Source of the DNA: Podarcis gaigeae
Lineage: Eukaryota
Length of the DNA: 64,000 nt
Assembly: GCA_964106915.2 (NCBI GenBank)
Contig: OZ066917.1
Direction: 5' to 3' (one strand)
The notes beneath the pieces are model-generated. The model saw only the letters and a program-made list of their open reading frames with translations, was not told the DNA's origin and ran no database searches. A program made the position numbers and the translations under genes. The first letter of the stretch is position 1. Each line of letters opens with the position of its first letter. Positions 24,401-38,500 of this stretch are shown piece by piece.

Positions 24401-27400
24401 TGTTGAAATGGATAAAGGTAAGACCATGTACTTATTTTAGTCTCACAGCCAAACAATTCAACGTAAGCTGCTCAATGTTTTCTGGAGGACATAACTTGTA
24501 CAATAAAATGTGTCCCTGCAAGGAAACTCTGAAGTCACTAGAAAAGTGTAAAATAGTAACAGCATACTGAGGTATCATCTTTCAGCAATTTATGCAATTT
24601 TTAATCAATAAAAAAGGAGAAAAAAGAAAATTCACATAATTCATAGCAACGAGGAAGTAGTGAAATTTTGTTGTTTGGTTTTGATACTTCTCCAGGATGC
24701 TGCTACATAAAATAAAGCTAAGAAAAATTAAGGATAAGTAAGGGGCGGCAGGAAGTAAAATTATTGTGCCAAAATTAGTGTCAAGATGCTGTTCACTTTT
24801 CTGCACTATATGCCTTAAAAAAGTGTCTGAAGATGGGTAGGTGTTTATTTTTTACTCTACAACTATTGCTGTAAAACTTTCCGTTTTATAAATGAATAAA
24901 TGTATAATATAATACAAGATGAGTTTTAATTCTACAACATGTTGTATATTAAATACTTTCCTCCCCTTCCATCACTCATGGAATATTGTACACATTAATG
25001 AAAGTGTGGCATAATCTCTTTACTTTAATAAACGAATAGCATGACTGAAGCCATCTCCTTCAACCTGGACTCCTTGATGTGGGATCTCCATATTGGATAG
25101 CTGAAACAAAACAAATCACATTTTTTATATTTTCATAGCAAGAAAGTCCAGGCTTAAGAGCATCCTCCCTGCCACCACAACTGGCCCATTCAGCCAAGTG
25201 ATACTTCCAACATGTTCAGTCCTAATACAGGTATTAAATGGCCTACCTGATCCTTAGCATCTACAGTATGAGCTATATATCACACAGGTAGTGGTTCAGA
25301 TGGTACTAGAGGCAATGACAGGCTGAGAAGCCCTTCACAAGGGTTTAAGAGAATGGAGAAAGGTGAACTTCCTTGTACCTGGCAAGGTATCAGTATCTTC
25401 TGCAGCATTAAGTGAAGGATCTATGCTCCTGCCTCATTGCAGATTATTGCTGGAAACTCTCTGCTTCGATCTACAGTGGTACCTTGGGTCAAGTACTTAA
25501 TTCATTCTGGAGGTCCGTTCTTAACCTGAAACTGTTCTTAACCTGAAGCACCACTTTAGCTAATGGGGCCTCCCGCTGCTGCCGCGCCACCAGAGAACGA
25601 TTTCTGTTCTCATCCTGAAGCAAAGTTCTTAAACCAAGGTGATATTTCTGCGTCAGTGGAGTCTGTAACCTGAAGTGTATGTAGCCTGAAGTGTATGTAA
25701 CCTAAGGTACCACTGTGCTTTCCAAACCCTTCACCCAATAGATTATTAGAAGCTCCCAACAATGGCTACACCTCCTCCTTTCCAGTTTAATACAGTGTTG
25801 GGGAACCAGTCTTAGCCAGCATGGTCAATAGTAACAATGGACGTTGTAAACCAGCACCATCTGAACAGCCACAGGTTCCTCACCCCTGACATAATACATC
25901 CAACTTCTTCTACGTAACAGTTTCCCCAAATTACCACACAAATAATTTATTTGAAAGTCCCAAAGTCTGTCATGCAAGTCATCCCTAAAACCAATTAAGT
26001 CCAACACACCAAGGGATATTTATGGTAGTTAGTAAAGTGTTTTACCAAGCTGAGCACAATGCTTTCTGGTCTATGACTAAATTCTTCACATTCTGGCAAA
26101 CCCTGAGCTTTGTGTCTAAGTCAGCAGTTAGCATAGCTGAACAGGAAAGTCAAAGCAAGAGTCTCTTTCATTCCCAATGGCTATACAGTCTAATTGTTCC
26201 TCCCTACTATCGAAGCTGAGGTCTAGGCTCTTTTCCATACAAAGAAAAGTCCCTATTTAAAAAGACTTGTCAACATGACCGTCTCTTGCACAACGGAAAT
26301 TATGTTACTTACCTCCATACGAAGTCCTATAAATGGCATATTTGTATCGCACATTGCTACAATGTGAGCTAGAACTTTATTGAAGGCACACATTTCTCCA
26401 GACCGCTTTGGTTTCTTGGGTTCAGTGGGACACGGATCACCAGACAACTAGAGAATAGCAGGAAACCTCTTTCAGCCAGGTGCAGTTAAGAGCTGGGTTC
26501 AAAGTTCTAATTACAGGCATACTGGTCACAGCCCTGAACTCACCTTTTTCATGTAAAGCAACAGCAGGGATGCCTCTGACAATGTGAGGCAGCTACAAAG
26601 GAACTATCTGGAGCCTTCCATTGCGCTTGGCAAGAGGGGCTTGTGTTTGGTGTCTTTTAAATTTCTGGCTCCAAATGCAAGCCTCAATAGGATGGGTTAC
26701 ACTCAGGAATTCCCAAGTGGAACCCATCCCTGCCTAACACAGATTGCCAATGGCTGAAAACTCTGCTTTCTTTGTCAAGCGGTCAGATTTCAAATCATGT
26801 GGCAGAAAGAGAAATGCTTCCTTTGCCCGCACAGTTTGAAACTCTGCAGGCAAAGGAACATTTGTACTTCGCAGACCAGCTTGAATTTAAGATGGCGTGA
26901 AAATACTTCACACAACACCATGGCCATGTCAGCTGGTTAGCCCTGCCCTCTATCATAGGGGCCCACAACTACTTTTCCTCAGACAGGGCTTACTGAGACA
27001 TATGCGTGCTTCTATAAACATATTTTCACTTCAAAACTATAGTTTTATTCCCATGAAATCTTGCACAGATTAAAAGCTAAAGGATTAATTGATTCATATT
27101 TTCTGAATCAGTTCTACAGCCCTAAAAGCTACTACTCAAGAAAACACACATACTAGTAAATGACGGTGCATCTATCCTCATGATTTAATGTTTCCATGTT
27201 AGGTAAGGAAACTAAATACTCAGGTTCCTAGGTGGCTGTGCTATACAGCAGCATGTTCCTATAATGTACTTTTAGAAATTGCCTCTAAAGATGTAAGCAA
27301 GCATTACTTATATAACACTGTGAAAATTTCTTTAAAACTATATGCAAGTTACTGAACCATAGAGGACTAGGTCATTAAATACTTAAGGTAATTTGAGTAC

Positions 27401-30400
27401 CATTATTTAAATATGGAGAATGATGGCTAGAATGGCAGGATACTGGAATGCTCCGCAAACCCAATTTCTTCCATTTCTGCCTTGTAACCAAAGAAATCTA
27501 GTCGCACTTATTCTTGACCATGATTCACTCAGCCAGAAGCCAAGATGTACCTCAATAATTATCTGCTTACACTAGGATAATTTGAGTGTTCATGCTGGTG
27601 TTGTACAGGGGAAAGATTGCATATGTGGCAAATGATTTTTGTAGATTAACATATCTGGTGTGGTGGTGATGTTTTTCAATTGAGAGGTTTGCTGAAAATT
27701 GCAATACATTGTATTTTGGCATTCCACTTCCAAGACTTTTTACGTAGGAAACAAACTAAATAAACAACAACTGGTCATGTAGCACATTAAAGATTAACAA
27801 TTTTATAATGGCATGAAGCTTATGCCATAATAAAGCTGGCTATTTGTTTTGCCTTAATACAATTGTTAGCCTTTAACGTGTCACTAGACTCTCTGCTGTT
27901 TTTTGCTGTTAACAGACTGGTACTTCTCTGGAAATGCCAATATAAAAAAACTGCCTGCTCTCAAAGCCATACCTTGCGCTTGGTGCCAGCTTTTGCTTGC
28001 TTCCCACTTTTTGTGTCCAAAACCAGCTCTTCAATATTTGGTTTAAATTGCTGCAGCAGAACTGCAGTGGCAGGGCTGTCATCTCCTTCAGCATAGCTCA
28101 CAGAAAGAAAGTAGTATTTGTATTCCAGTTGTGTGGGGTTGTTGGGAACGTCACACATCTCTACTACCTAAATCGTTAAAAAAAAATATACATTGGGAGC
28201 TTGAGAATTTTCACAGATTTAAGAACTCTGTCATGGCAGAAAGCACTAAACAAGTTTGCAACAAGAAATCCTGAACTCTCATAATGAGCACATAGTTCAA
28301 ATGTTTAAACATTCTAGCTAACACAATTTGGGTATTTGCATGAACATGGCCAAGATCAAACTACAGTTTATAGAAAGGTTTGTAAACCACTCAACAATGA
28401 CTTTTAGAAAAAAATTCCAATCAAATGGGGGTGGGGTGGGGAAGTGAAGCAGACCTTATTGTAAATGAATGACTTGGGTAAATTATACGCAACTAGGTCT
28501 GCATATCAAACAGGAGTTAAGAATTGCATTTCCTGAACTACCCACCACAAATACTTCAGAATGAAGTACTTTTGAAATGGAGGTACATTTCAAAAGCTAA
28601 TTGTGATATGAGGGGAGCTGAGAGATTTACTGCTCATAAATAAATACAAACAGAAAAACCTAGTTCGAATACACAAGCACTCGTATAACCAAAAAAAGCC
28701 CTCTATGTATTGCCACCAATTACAACTTTTAAAATTTGCCTAGCTTCCCACCTCTTTGATCCATGCCTGATCCAGCCCCAAAGCAGCCTACTCACTAGTC
28801 ACTCTACCAAATTTTAATCAATACATGCCTGTAGTTTTACTCAACATTTTTGTTAGTTGTAAGAAATAGATTCCACACTTTCACATTTTTTATTTCGCAT
28901 GAAGCATTTTAAAAAAAGATAGTTTCATTTTAAAATTTGTGTACTTCCTTACTACATTGCTGGACTCAACAATATGTGCAATACATAATTTTGTCAAAAA
29001 CAGTGTCCCCCAATTAGAATATAGAAGTTTGCCATTGCCATTGTTAAATTAAATTGGATTGTATCCAATAATTGTGCAAGTGGTTAGCCACCAATCTCTC
29101 TTCTCATCCTCTCTGCAGCCTCCAATTATACTCTCTGGAGGATCGAGTGGCCTCTCAACATGATCCCCCCCAACTTTTCCTCCTAGTCAGAAATAAACTG
29201 CACCCAATGATTGTGCAACTGGAAAGCAGTCTGCGTAGCCTTCATTTCTCTTCCCCAAATCCAAGGGCTGTGCTATGGGCAGCTGCAGTGAGCAGAGAAT
29301 CGCCTTAAACGGAGTTCAGGAAGCTTGCTCCAGCAGGAGGTCCACTGGGCAAGATCCTTTTGCCCGATTTCCATCAATCTCTCACTTCAACGCCACATGA
29401 CAACCTCCACTATTCAGGCTCCCTGGAGGGTTTTCTCCAGAGGGTACATGGGGAGGAGGGGAAGAGAAAGAGTAGTTACACAAGTTGCTTTCCACTCACA
29501 CAGCCACTGGGTACAAAATGCTTCTAGGAAATAAAAAGAAAAAATTGCAGCCACTGGGGCAAAGTGGGAGGAGTGGTGATGAAACACTCCCAACTGCTAG
29601 TTTGCAATGTTCTGGCAATTCAAAGTGGTAAAAATCAAAGCAGTAGTCACAGCTTAGCCTATTACATTTTGCTTCCTTCGTTCTAAGGGTCCAGTTCATA
29701 AGAAGATTCCACATTCACTTACAATGTAGTACTGTGGAAGTCGAGTGAGCTTGATGAAGAGTTTGTGATTGGAGAGATTTCCCACAGGGTGCATAGCATA
29801 ATTAGCTAGCTGTAGTGTTTCGCTGCTGACTGTAGGCAAATGTTTTATTGATTGTTTGCAACGCTGCTGTCCAAGCCAAAACCTTAATTGAAAAAAAAGA
29901 ACATACAAAAACATTGGCACTTCTGCATTAGATAGAGTGTAGCATTGCTAATTTGCCTTATAGACTGCTTTTGACCTCTTTGCAATCATGCAGAACAGAA
30001 CAGGACTTGCATTAAAAAAAAAGTTGTTCTCACAGGGCTACTATACAAATTCTGGGTTTTTTGGGTGCACATCTAAAATACTTTACATGTGTACTTCAAA
30101 AGGAAGATGTGAAGATGGCAGACATGTTTATGTACCTTATACACACACACTTGACATTTGCATAAGATCAGTTGCAGCTGCCTGGTAACTGTACACATGG
30201 TAGAAAACTCATGTTTACTGACTCATAACTATAGGAATGGAGGCTTTTACATGTGTATTCACAACACAAACCCAACATTAGCAAGTCTTATGAGAGTTTG
30301 CTTGTATATAGGACTGTCACATTTGGGGACTTGCAAGTTACACAAATACAATTCTTATTTGGGATAATTTATATGGTACTTAATATATAGTAGGGATAAG

Positions 30401-32565
30401 TTAGTGCCTACCAAAAGTAGCTTGCAATCTGCTTTTGTTTTTGCTTTTAAATGTCCAATTGCTTCTCTCCTTGGTATAAAATATCACATAGTAATTGAGT
30501 TATTTATAAACTGTGGGCACCAGTCGCTAATAAAATTATTAACTAATATGTTCACAAACAAACCTAAAGATTTTTAAAAAGGAATTCTAGCATGAACACT
30601 TTTCTTTTGCTCTGTTGCATCTGTAAATAAAGTTACTGGAATTAAATAAGGACATTTTTAGAGAGCCTTGGAGGGACGCAGGTGGCGCTGTGGGTTAAAG
30701 CCTCAGCGCCTAGGACTTGCCGATCGAAAGGTCGGCGGTTCGAATCCCTGCGGCGGGGTGCGCTCCCGCTGCTCGGTCCCAGCGCCTGCCAACCTAGCAG
30801 TTCGAAAGCACCTCCGGGTGCAAGTAGATAAATAGGGACCGCTTACCGGCGGGAAGGTAAACGGCGTTTCCGTGTGCGGCTCTGGCTCGCCAGAGCAGCG
30901 ATGTCACGCTGGCCACGTGACCCAGAAGTGTCTCCGGACAGCGCTGGCCCCTGGCCTCTTGAGTGAGATGGGCGCACAACCCCAGAGTCTGTCAAGACTG
31001 GCCCGTACGGGCAGGGGTACCTTTACCTTTTACCACTTTCAAAGCCACATTGCAGCAATATTTTAAATTTTAACAACTTTGCCAAAATGGCAACTAGGTT
31101 CATAAGCCTGTAAGAACCTTAGTGGACCAGATCTAAAGTTTTATCTAACGCAGCTTCCTGTTTCCCAACCAATGGCTAACCAGATGCCTCTGTGAAGGCC
31201 ACAGGCAGAACTTGAGAACTGCTGTTCTCTCCTGCTGCTGTTCCCCAGTGACCGATATTCAGAGGCATCCCTGGAGGAAGTATATACCCATCATGACTAA
31301 TAACCATTGACAGCCTTAACCTCTATGGATTTGCCTCTTTCTCTTCCAAAGCCCAAGTTGGTGGCTCATTGCCACATTCCGTGGTAGCAAATACAAATTA
31401 GTCTTTTGCTTTAGTGTGTGAATCACTTCACAGTAAATCATATTTGACCTTTTTTACCCATTTGCCCACTCCCCACCCCTTTGGTGATCTTAATGTTATC
31501 TTGACCATCTCACCCAACACTTACAAACAAGTTAAAAAGCCACAGTCCCAATACAGAATCTTGGAATGCCCCATATCTTACACCCCTCTACTACAAGAAC
31601 TGTCCATTTATTCTTACTTGCTGCTTCCTGTTAAGAGGACCAGTCCTCTTATCTCATGACTAATCTCTCTCAGGAGCCTCTTGTGAGGGACTTTATTTAG
31701 ATTTTCAAAAAGCTTTTGACAATGTCTACTAGATCACCCCTTCACCACACATTTGTTGGCACTCTTGAAAAATTCTAAAGAGCTTAGTGATACACAGCTT
31801 ACAAAGTGATTTTATTTGCCCCCTTAACCAAACTTTTTAATGGGAAGTTTTTGATGACTGATGTTTTAATGTATCTTTAATCTTTTGTTGGAAGCTGCCC
31901 AGAGTGGCTGGGGAAACCCAACCAGATGGGTGGGGTGGGTATGTATGTATGTATGTATGTATAAATAAATAAATAAATAAATAAATAAATGGCTTGAGAT
32001 GAAGTCACAGTAAAGGCAAGTGAAGTCAGTGGAGTCGGGGGGGGGGACTATAATTAGAATCACATTGAATGGTTTACCAATTTCTTGTAAGATCAGCAAT
32101 TTTGCAACAATGTCTTTTGCAATTAACAATAAAAAGAAGGGAAACTGGCATAGAGTTTGAAGGACAACAACCTTCTACATAAATATCTTACCCTGAGTAA
32201 GGGAAGGGGAAGAAGTTTAGCTTTCAAAAATAGTTTCTGGAAGTGAGTGTTATTTTCACAGTTCTGGAGGCAAATAATAGGCATAGCACCAACAGGAATA
32301 GTTACATATTACTCACTTGAGCTGCTGGAGCCACGTAATGATACGTTTCATGTCATCATTGACTGATTTCTCTATGTCATCCAGCGTTTGCTGGTCTGCA
32401 GGGAAACAGGATTAGTTACTACTCAAATGTGGCATTTTGTGCATTTATCCAGAAAAATGAAATCCAGAGTTGTAAGTAAAAGCACACTCATAGGTTTATG
32501 GTGCTTTAAAAATCAAACCACCCTCTGCAAGAAGTGCCATAAAAGGTAGTTCAACATCCAATTTC

Positions 32566-32599
<34 letters not shown>

Positions 32600-35500
32600 C
32601 CCCATTCAGGCAGTTGTGTCTCACCTTACTAAGCCAAGATACAAATAACCTTTTCGTTAATGCACATAGTCCTTTGCAGACCTCTATAAGCCAGGACATT
32701 CCTAGTGAACCACAGTTTCCTGTTTTGTCCTAACCAGGAAACCATGATTAAAAGCTTCAGAGCAAGCCAGGATCTTCTCCCAAAGCTTGTAACCAAGTAA
32801 GTTTTGTTTTGCACCTGAAGCAGTAAACTACAGTTAATTAGGATCATTGTGGCTTATCAAACTGTGCGATGAAGGAAGGAGCAAAAGGCTTATGCATTTC
32901 TCAGCTCATTGAAATCAGGTCACTTGTAAAATACATTCTACAAATTCACCATACTCTTTTCAGCTTCAGTTAAGCTGCTAGCCATAACTACTTCCTTTGT
33001 TGGGCAGCTTTATACATCACACTGCACTGTGCTTTAAGTAAGCTGCATGTTAATTCACTGAATACAATGCTAATCTATATCCACCTCTACTCCTGCATCC
33101 TTACCAACCAGCCAGCCAACCAGAAGATTCAGTTTTCATTTTTTGCATCAAGGCCAAAAATAGAGAGTTGAATTCTACTAAGGAAGGTATTAGAAGGAAG
33201 CGCCTGAAAGTTTTATTTACATACCAATCCCATAAAGCATTAGTTGAAACATTCCAGAATGAAGGTCTACAAAAATGTGTAGACATTCGGATCGACCACA
33301 TGGCTCCAGAATAGGAATGACAAGTGTGGGGAGAGCCGTTTCTATAAAAGCTAAAATTAAAGAATCAAGAATTCATAAATCAAGGTACAAAGTTTTACTT
33401 GACTAAGCAATATGGAGACTTCACAGTAATAAAACTTCACAGCCCCATGATAAATTACCGTATTTTTTGCTCTATAAGACTCACTTTTTCCCTCCTAAAA
33501 AGTAAGGGGAAATATGTGTGCGTCTTATAGAGCAAATGCAGGCTGCGCGGCTATCCCAGAAGCCAGAACAGCAAGAGGGATTGCTGCTTTCGCTGCACAG
33601 CGATCCCTCTTGCTGTTCTGGCTTCTGAGATTCAGAATATTTTTTTTCTTGTTTTCCTCCTCCAAAAACTAGGTTCATCTTATGGTCTGGTGCGTCTTAT
33701 AGAGCGAAAAATACGGGTAGGTACTTTTAAATCAAAGCTATTTTATTCAATTAAGATTATGTTGAGCACAAAAAAATGACCATTTGTTTAAAGGTATGCT
33801 ATTCTTGCTAACTTTGCCCTTTCCCTTGGCAGCTTGTTTGGATATATAATATCCTTGTTCACTAACTTGAATGTACACTAATTAATAAATTTCAAAGATA
33901 TCAATCTGTATACTAAAGCCAGCTGCATTTTTCCATATAAGGCACCATACACTCACTCCCACCAACCCTAAAATCATAATTCTGCAGCTCTGATTTTGAG
34001 ATTTCAGGACCTGGGTGAGGGATGGGAAGGAGAGAGTTTGCTATATCAAAGTATGAAATGGAATTTCTCTCTCCGACCCCCGCACCCCACTCTGTGTGTC
34101 TCCTATGAACTGAAATCTAAAAAAGCATTCATGGAAGACAGTTGGTTGAAAAAGACTTTCTCACCCCATCTTACCTATACCCACCCAAGCCCCCTGAAAA
34201 GCCTTTCATGAAGGTCAGGAACCCTTCTGAACAGACAATGAGACAGAAAGAGTTTTTCAGTATCAGGCACAGGCAAGTTGTGTTTAAGAAGCTAAAATGC
34301 AAGTCAAATGAAATACGAAAATTTCTAAACCCCATCTTCACTGATCATTTAAGTAGAGCTTAAAAGCGCCAAATCAATTCCAAAGGAAAGCACTAGTTAT
34401 ACATATCATTACATTTCCCTCACAGAAATAAGAAAATGTTTGCCATTCATTTCTTCCTCAAGTTTTGTCACTCTCCTAGGAGATGCCCAAAGAAATCAAG
34501 GACCAAAGGAAGCTTTCAGTTCAAAGCACATTAAACGACTTTGGTTAGGTTAGGCAGAGGAATTTCTGGTTTTGAAGAAAGTTAAAAAAGGGGGCGCATA
34601 AATATGCAGAACAACATCCCCCCCCCCATTCAATGTAGTTCAGATACCATCACATACAATTGTCATTGACATTATAATTCTTAAGAATGGCTTTCAGTTC
34701 CTGGAGTTTCTGATGAGCTCTTGCGTGGACACTGTCTATCAGAAGCTTCTCTACTGATAGGTGGTCTATCTATAAAAAAAAGAAAGAAAAAGCAGTTATT
34801 CTGTATTTTATATGTACTCTAGAAAGGTTCACAGTTAAAAACTATGTGTTTTGAGCTGCTCAGGCAAACTTCCCATACTGGCCTTGTTTCACAAAAATCA
34901 GCAGCATGTTGGATTTAAGAAGAATTTTAAAAAGGGTTAGACTTTAGAAAGTTCTTCTTAAATCCAGCATGTTGATTTCTATACAACAAGACCACAGGAA
35001 GGAAGTATCTCTGCAGCCTGGTTAGTGAAGCGACAATGCCTTTCCATCACAGACAACTAGAGTCCTTTTCTGACTCTCCAAACAGGAAATGAACTTTGCG
35101 ATTTGGAGCCCTAGCCTGCCATCCCCCAGTTTCCAACACGGCAAAGATCAAAGTAATAAGGCTCTTCAAAACTGATCAGCTATTTATAATTTACTTAACT
35201 ACCCACAGGCATACCAAATTACTGTAATCTTTACTGCAATCAGGTTTTGGAAAAAATGGGCTGAGATGGGGAAAGTGCAAAGTTGATTCATGTGCAGCCC
35301 AGCCAAGTGGCAATTTGCATGCAAACCCCTCCTCCTGCTCCTCTCTGTGATCCCCTCAGAGAGTCCACAGTCTTTGCTGCTCACAGCAATGGCCCAAAGC
35401 TCATCTAACGTGCGCGGTTGGTGGGTTTATTTTTAATTTTTTTATGAAGAAAGGTACTCTGGCCTTTGTCTCAAGTTAGCCTTCCTGGATTCAGACAACT

Positions 35501-38500
35501 GATTTGTAACATATGCCTCCCACCCAACATACCTTTTGGGTTTCAGTCACTTAGGAGGTGGTGACAAGATTGTAAAAGGAAGGTTTAAGCACTGTTTGGT
35601 CTCCATGGGATGGGCCCAAGTCAGGAATGGTGCTGGGGGCCAATTTTTGACAGGTGGATGGCCCACCCACCAGTCACTCACATATCATTATGACATCAAA
35701 TGACTGGGATATAACCCAAACACAATACATTGCTTAAGAGAGATTAACTTTAAAAACAATGATCGATTAAAATTATATGCCAACTTCACCTGGCAATATT
35801 TACCTTCATAGCCCTTTCAATTAGTTTGGAATCACAGGCTGGAAGGGGAGGTTCATGGGAAATTTGCAAAGGTTTCGATACATCATTCTCATCTATCTTA
35901 ATGGTGACCTTATGAAGAGATGCAGTCCCCGTTTTTCTCCCAACCACCTGTTGGCTTAATATAGAAATGTTTTGTTAGCTGGTAAAGAAGCCAAAAGACT
36001 CCCTCTGTAGAATACTGAAACACATGAATAATATTTACAGTTTCATACCATGAAACAATACAATTGTGTTGTGCCAATAAGTTTAGCGCCCTATTCCTGT
36101 ATCAAATCTCTAAAGAACCACTATCAAACTCCTCTCACAGATACACAACCATCACCTATAGCAGCCTATGAATCACTACAATTTGCTGCTTCAAATTCTT
36201 GAAAGCTTTGTTTTTTCATGTGGGATCCAATATAAAGCCTAACTTAAGATGCCATCTCAATCTAGACAATTACCATTGTCTACTTCTTTCTTCTGCTGCA
36301 CCTGAAAATGTTCTTTGGGGAGGCTCAGCTGATGCCAACTCTGACTTCCAGCACAACCCCTTATTATTTTCCCATGCCTCTTAACTTTTGTTGAGACTAC
36401 GTTAATGCTATGTTTTATCTGTGTTTCATCCTTGTGCAATTTTCTTATTTAATTTGGAATACATCCTGGGAATATTTACTGTTTTGACTATGTGTTTCAG
36501 ATGGATAGTGCTTGAAATACTGCGATGGCTTTCTCTATAAAGCAAAACTCGACTGAGTGAGCATGCAAAAAAACAGCCTAAACGCCTTGTTTTAAGGTAC
36601 CATTAAATATAAACAAGACGTTAATTTTAACTGCAAATATTTTGGCTGCAACATATGTTATGATAAGTAATAACATTATTGGACCAATAGCCTTATCAAA
36701 GGCCAGAAATGATCATCATAAATGTCTGTATTCCAAAAACCAATTATGCATTATTTGTCTGACACTAATATAACCCCTCTAAACCCAAAAGATCAGCAAT
36801 TCCTATGCTTCAGTGAAAGGCAATTAATATAATATGGCTTCTAAATATGCTAGTATAGAAGTTCCCAAGCTTTACTTGAGATTTAATATTTCAATCCAAC
36901 ATTTACAGATCTCATGATTTTTTCCACTTACTTCCAGACAGAGAGAGAGAGGCATTTGCCCGCATGGTATCTCTCCACTTGCACAAGATCACCCCAGCGC
37001 TCTCGAACCAGCATTAAAGTCTGTGAATGCAAAACTTCCAACTGCAGTGACAAGCAGAAGGAGTCTAAAGAATTCAGGTTAAGTACATGCAGTAAAATAT
37101 TGGAGGAACTTTTGATAGTTCTCAACTTACACTAAACCAGTGTAAGTTGCTGGCCTTTGTACACACACACAGACTTGCTGGCCTTTGTACACACACATAT
37201 ACATGGTACACACACATATACACTGGTCTTGTTAAGCAGATTTTAAAGCAATTCTTGACAGTCACACCAGGGAATGGTTTCTTGTGTGGAATCTCTCTCC
37301 CTCCAAGGCCCCCCCCCCAAATATAATCAAACAGGATCTACTGTAGAATATCCCAGGGTTAAGGTCTGTAGGCCACCAGCATGCTAAAGCTAAGCAGCTC
37401 TGGTTAGTGCCTGGATAGTGATTACTTGGGAACTATATGTATGGTGTCTTGGGTTGAATGACAAAATGCTGTCATTCTGTAATATGTATGTTCCATCCAC
37501 ACCAAGCAACTTACATATTAAGATGAGATGCTATACTTAGAATAAATGTGTTCAATCTAGGCCTTCTTTTCCAAATTACTTATTTTACACCTCAAACGTA
37601 TCTAAAAAGTATTAACACATTATTCATGTGACAGTTATATGTATGCTTTCCCAACTGTGTTTGGCACATGTGGTTTCCATAAGTTGAAGTTTTCTCCCTA
37701 GCCTAGCCTTTTATGTTGTTAATAAGCGCAGGTGGCGCTGTGGGTTAAACCACAGAGCCTAGGGCTTGCCGATAAGAAGGTCGGCGGTTCGAATCCCCAT
37801 GACGGGGTGAGCTCCTGTTGCTCAGTCCCTGCTCCTGCCAACCTAGCAGTTCAAAAGCACATCAAAGTGCAAGTAGATAAATAGGTACCACTCCGGCGGG
37901 AAGGTAAACGGCATTTTCGTGCGCTGCTCTGGTTCGCTAGAAGCAGCTTAGTCATCCTGGCCACATGACCCGGAAGCTGTCTACGGACAAACGCCGGCTC
38001 CCTCGGCCTATAGAGTGCCGCAACCCCAGAGTCGTCCACGACTGGACCTAATGGTCAGGGGTCCCTTTACCTTTAAGCATACAGTGATCATTACACTATA
38101 CTGAGAACACCCAATGCCAACCTCCCTACCCCAGCTCAATGGCTACTCAGGTTACCAGGAACACCAAGTAATAATCTCTTGTATTTAGTACAAAATACAA
38201 CCAAAATCTCAAAGTTCACGTACGGAAAAAGGATAGTGCTCACTCTTCCCTCCCACCCTACTTTCCCTGTTAACCCAGGTCTGAGGAAAGAAACGGACTA
38301 ATGTTTGCTTCCCTTTCCCACTATCAAGTCAAAAGGCACCATCAATGTTCTCAACATTGGCAGATAGGAGGATTCTAGCACCCAGGTGAAGAAAAAGCAT
38401 TTTGACTGGGTTTAGATCCAAAAAACACAGAATCTGCTACATAGAAAAGGACACCAAGCAGCAAAACCAGGCAGCACAAATTGGTATGATTCCAAAGGCA

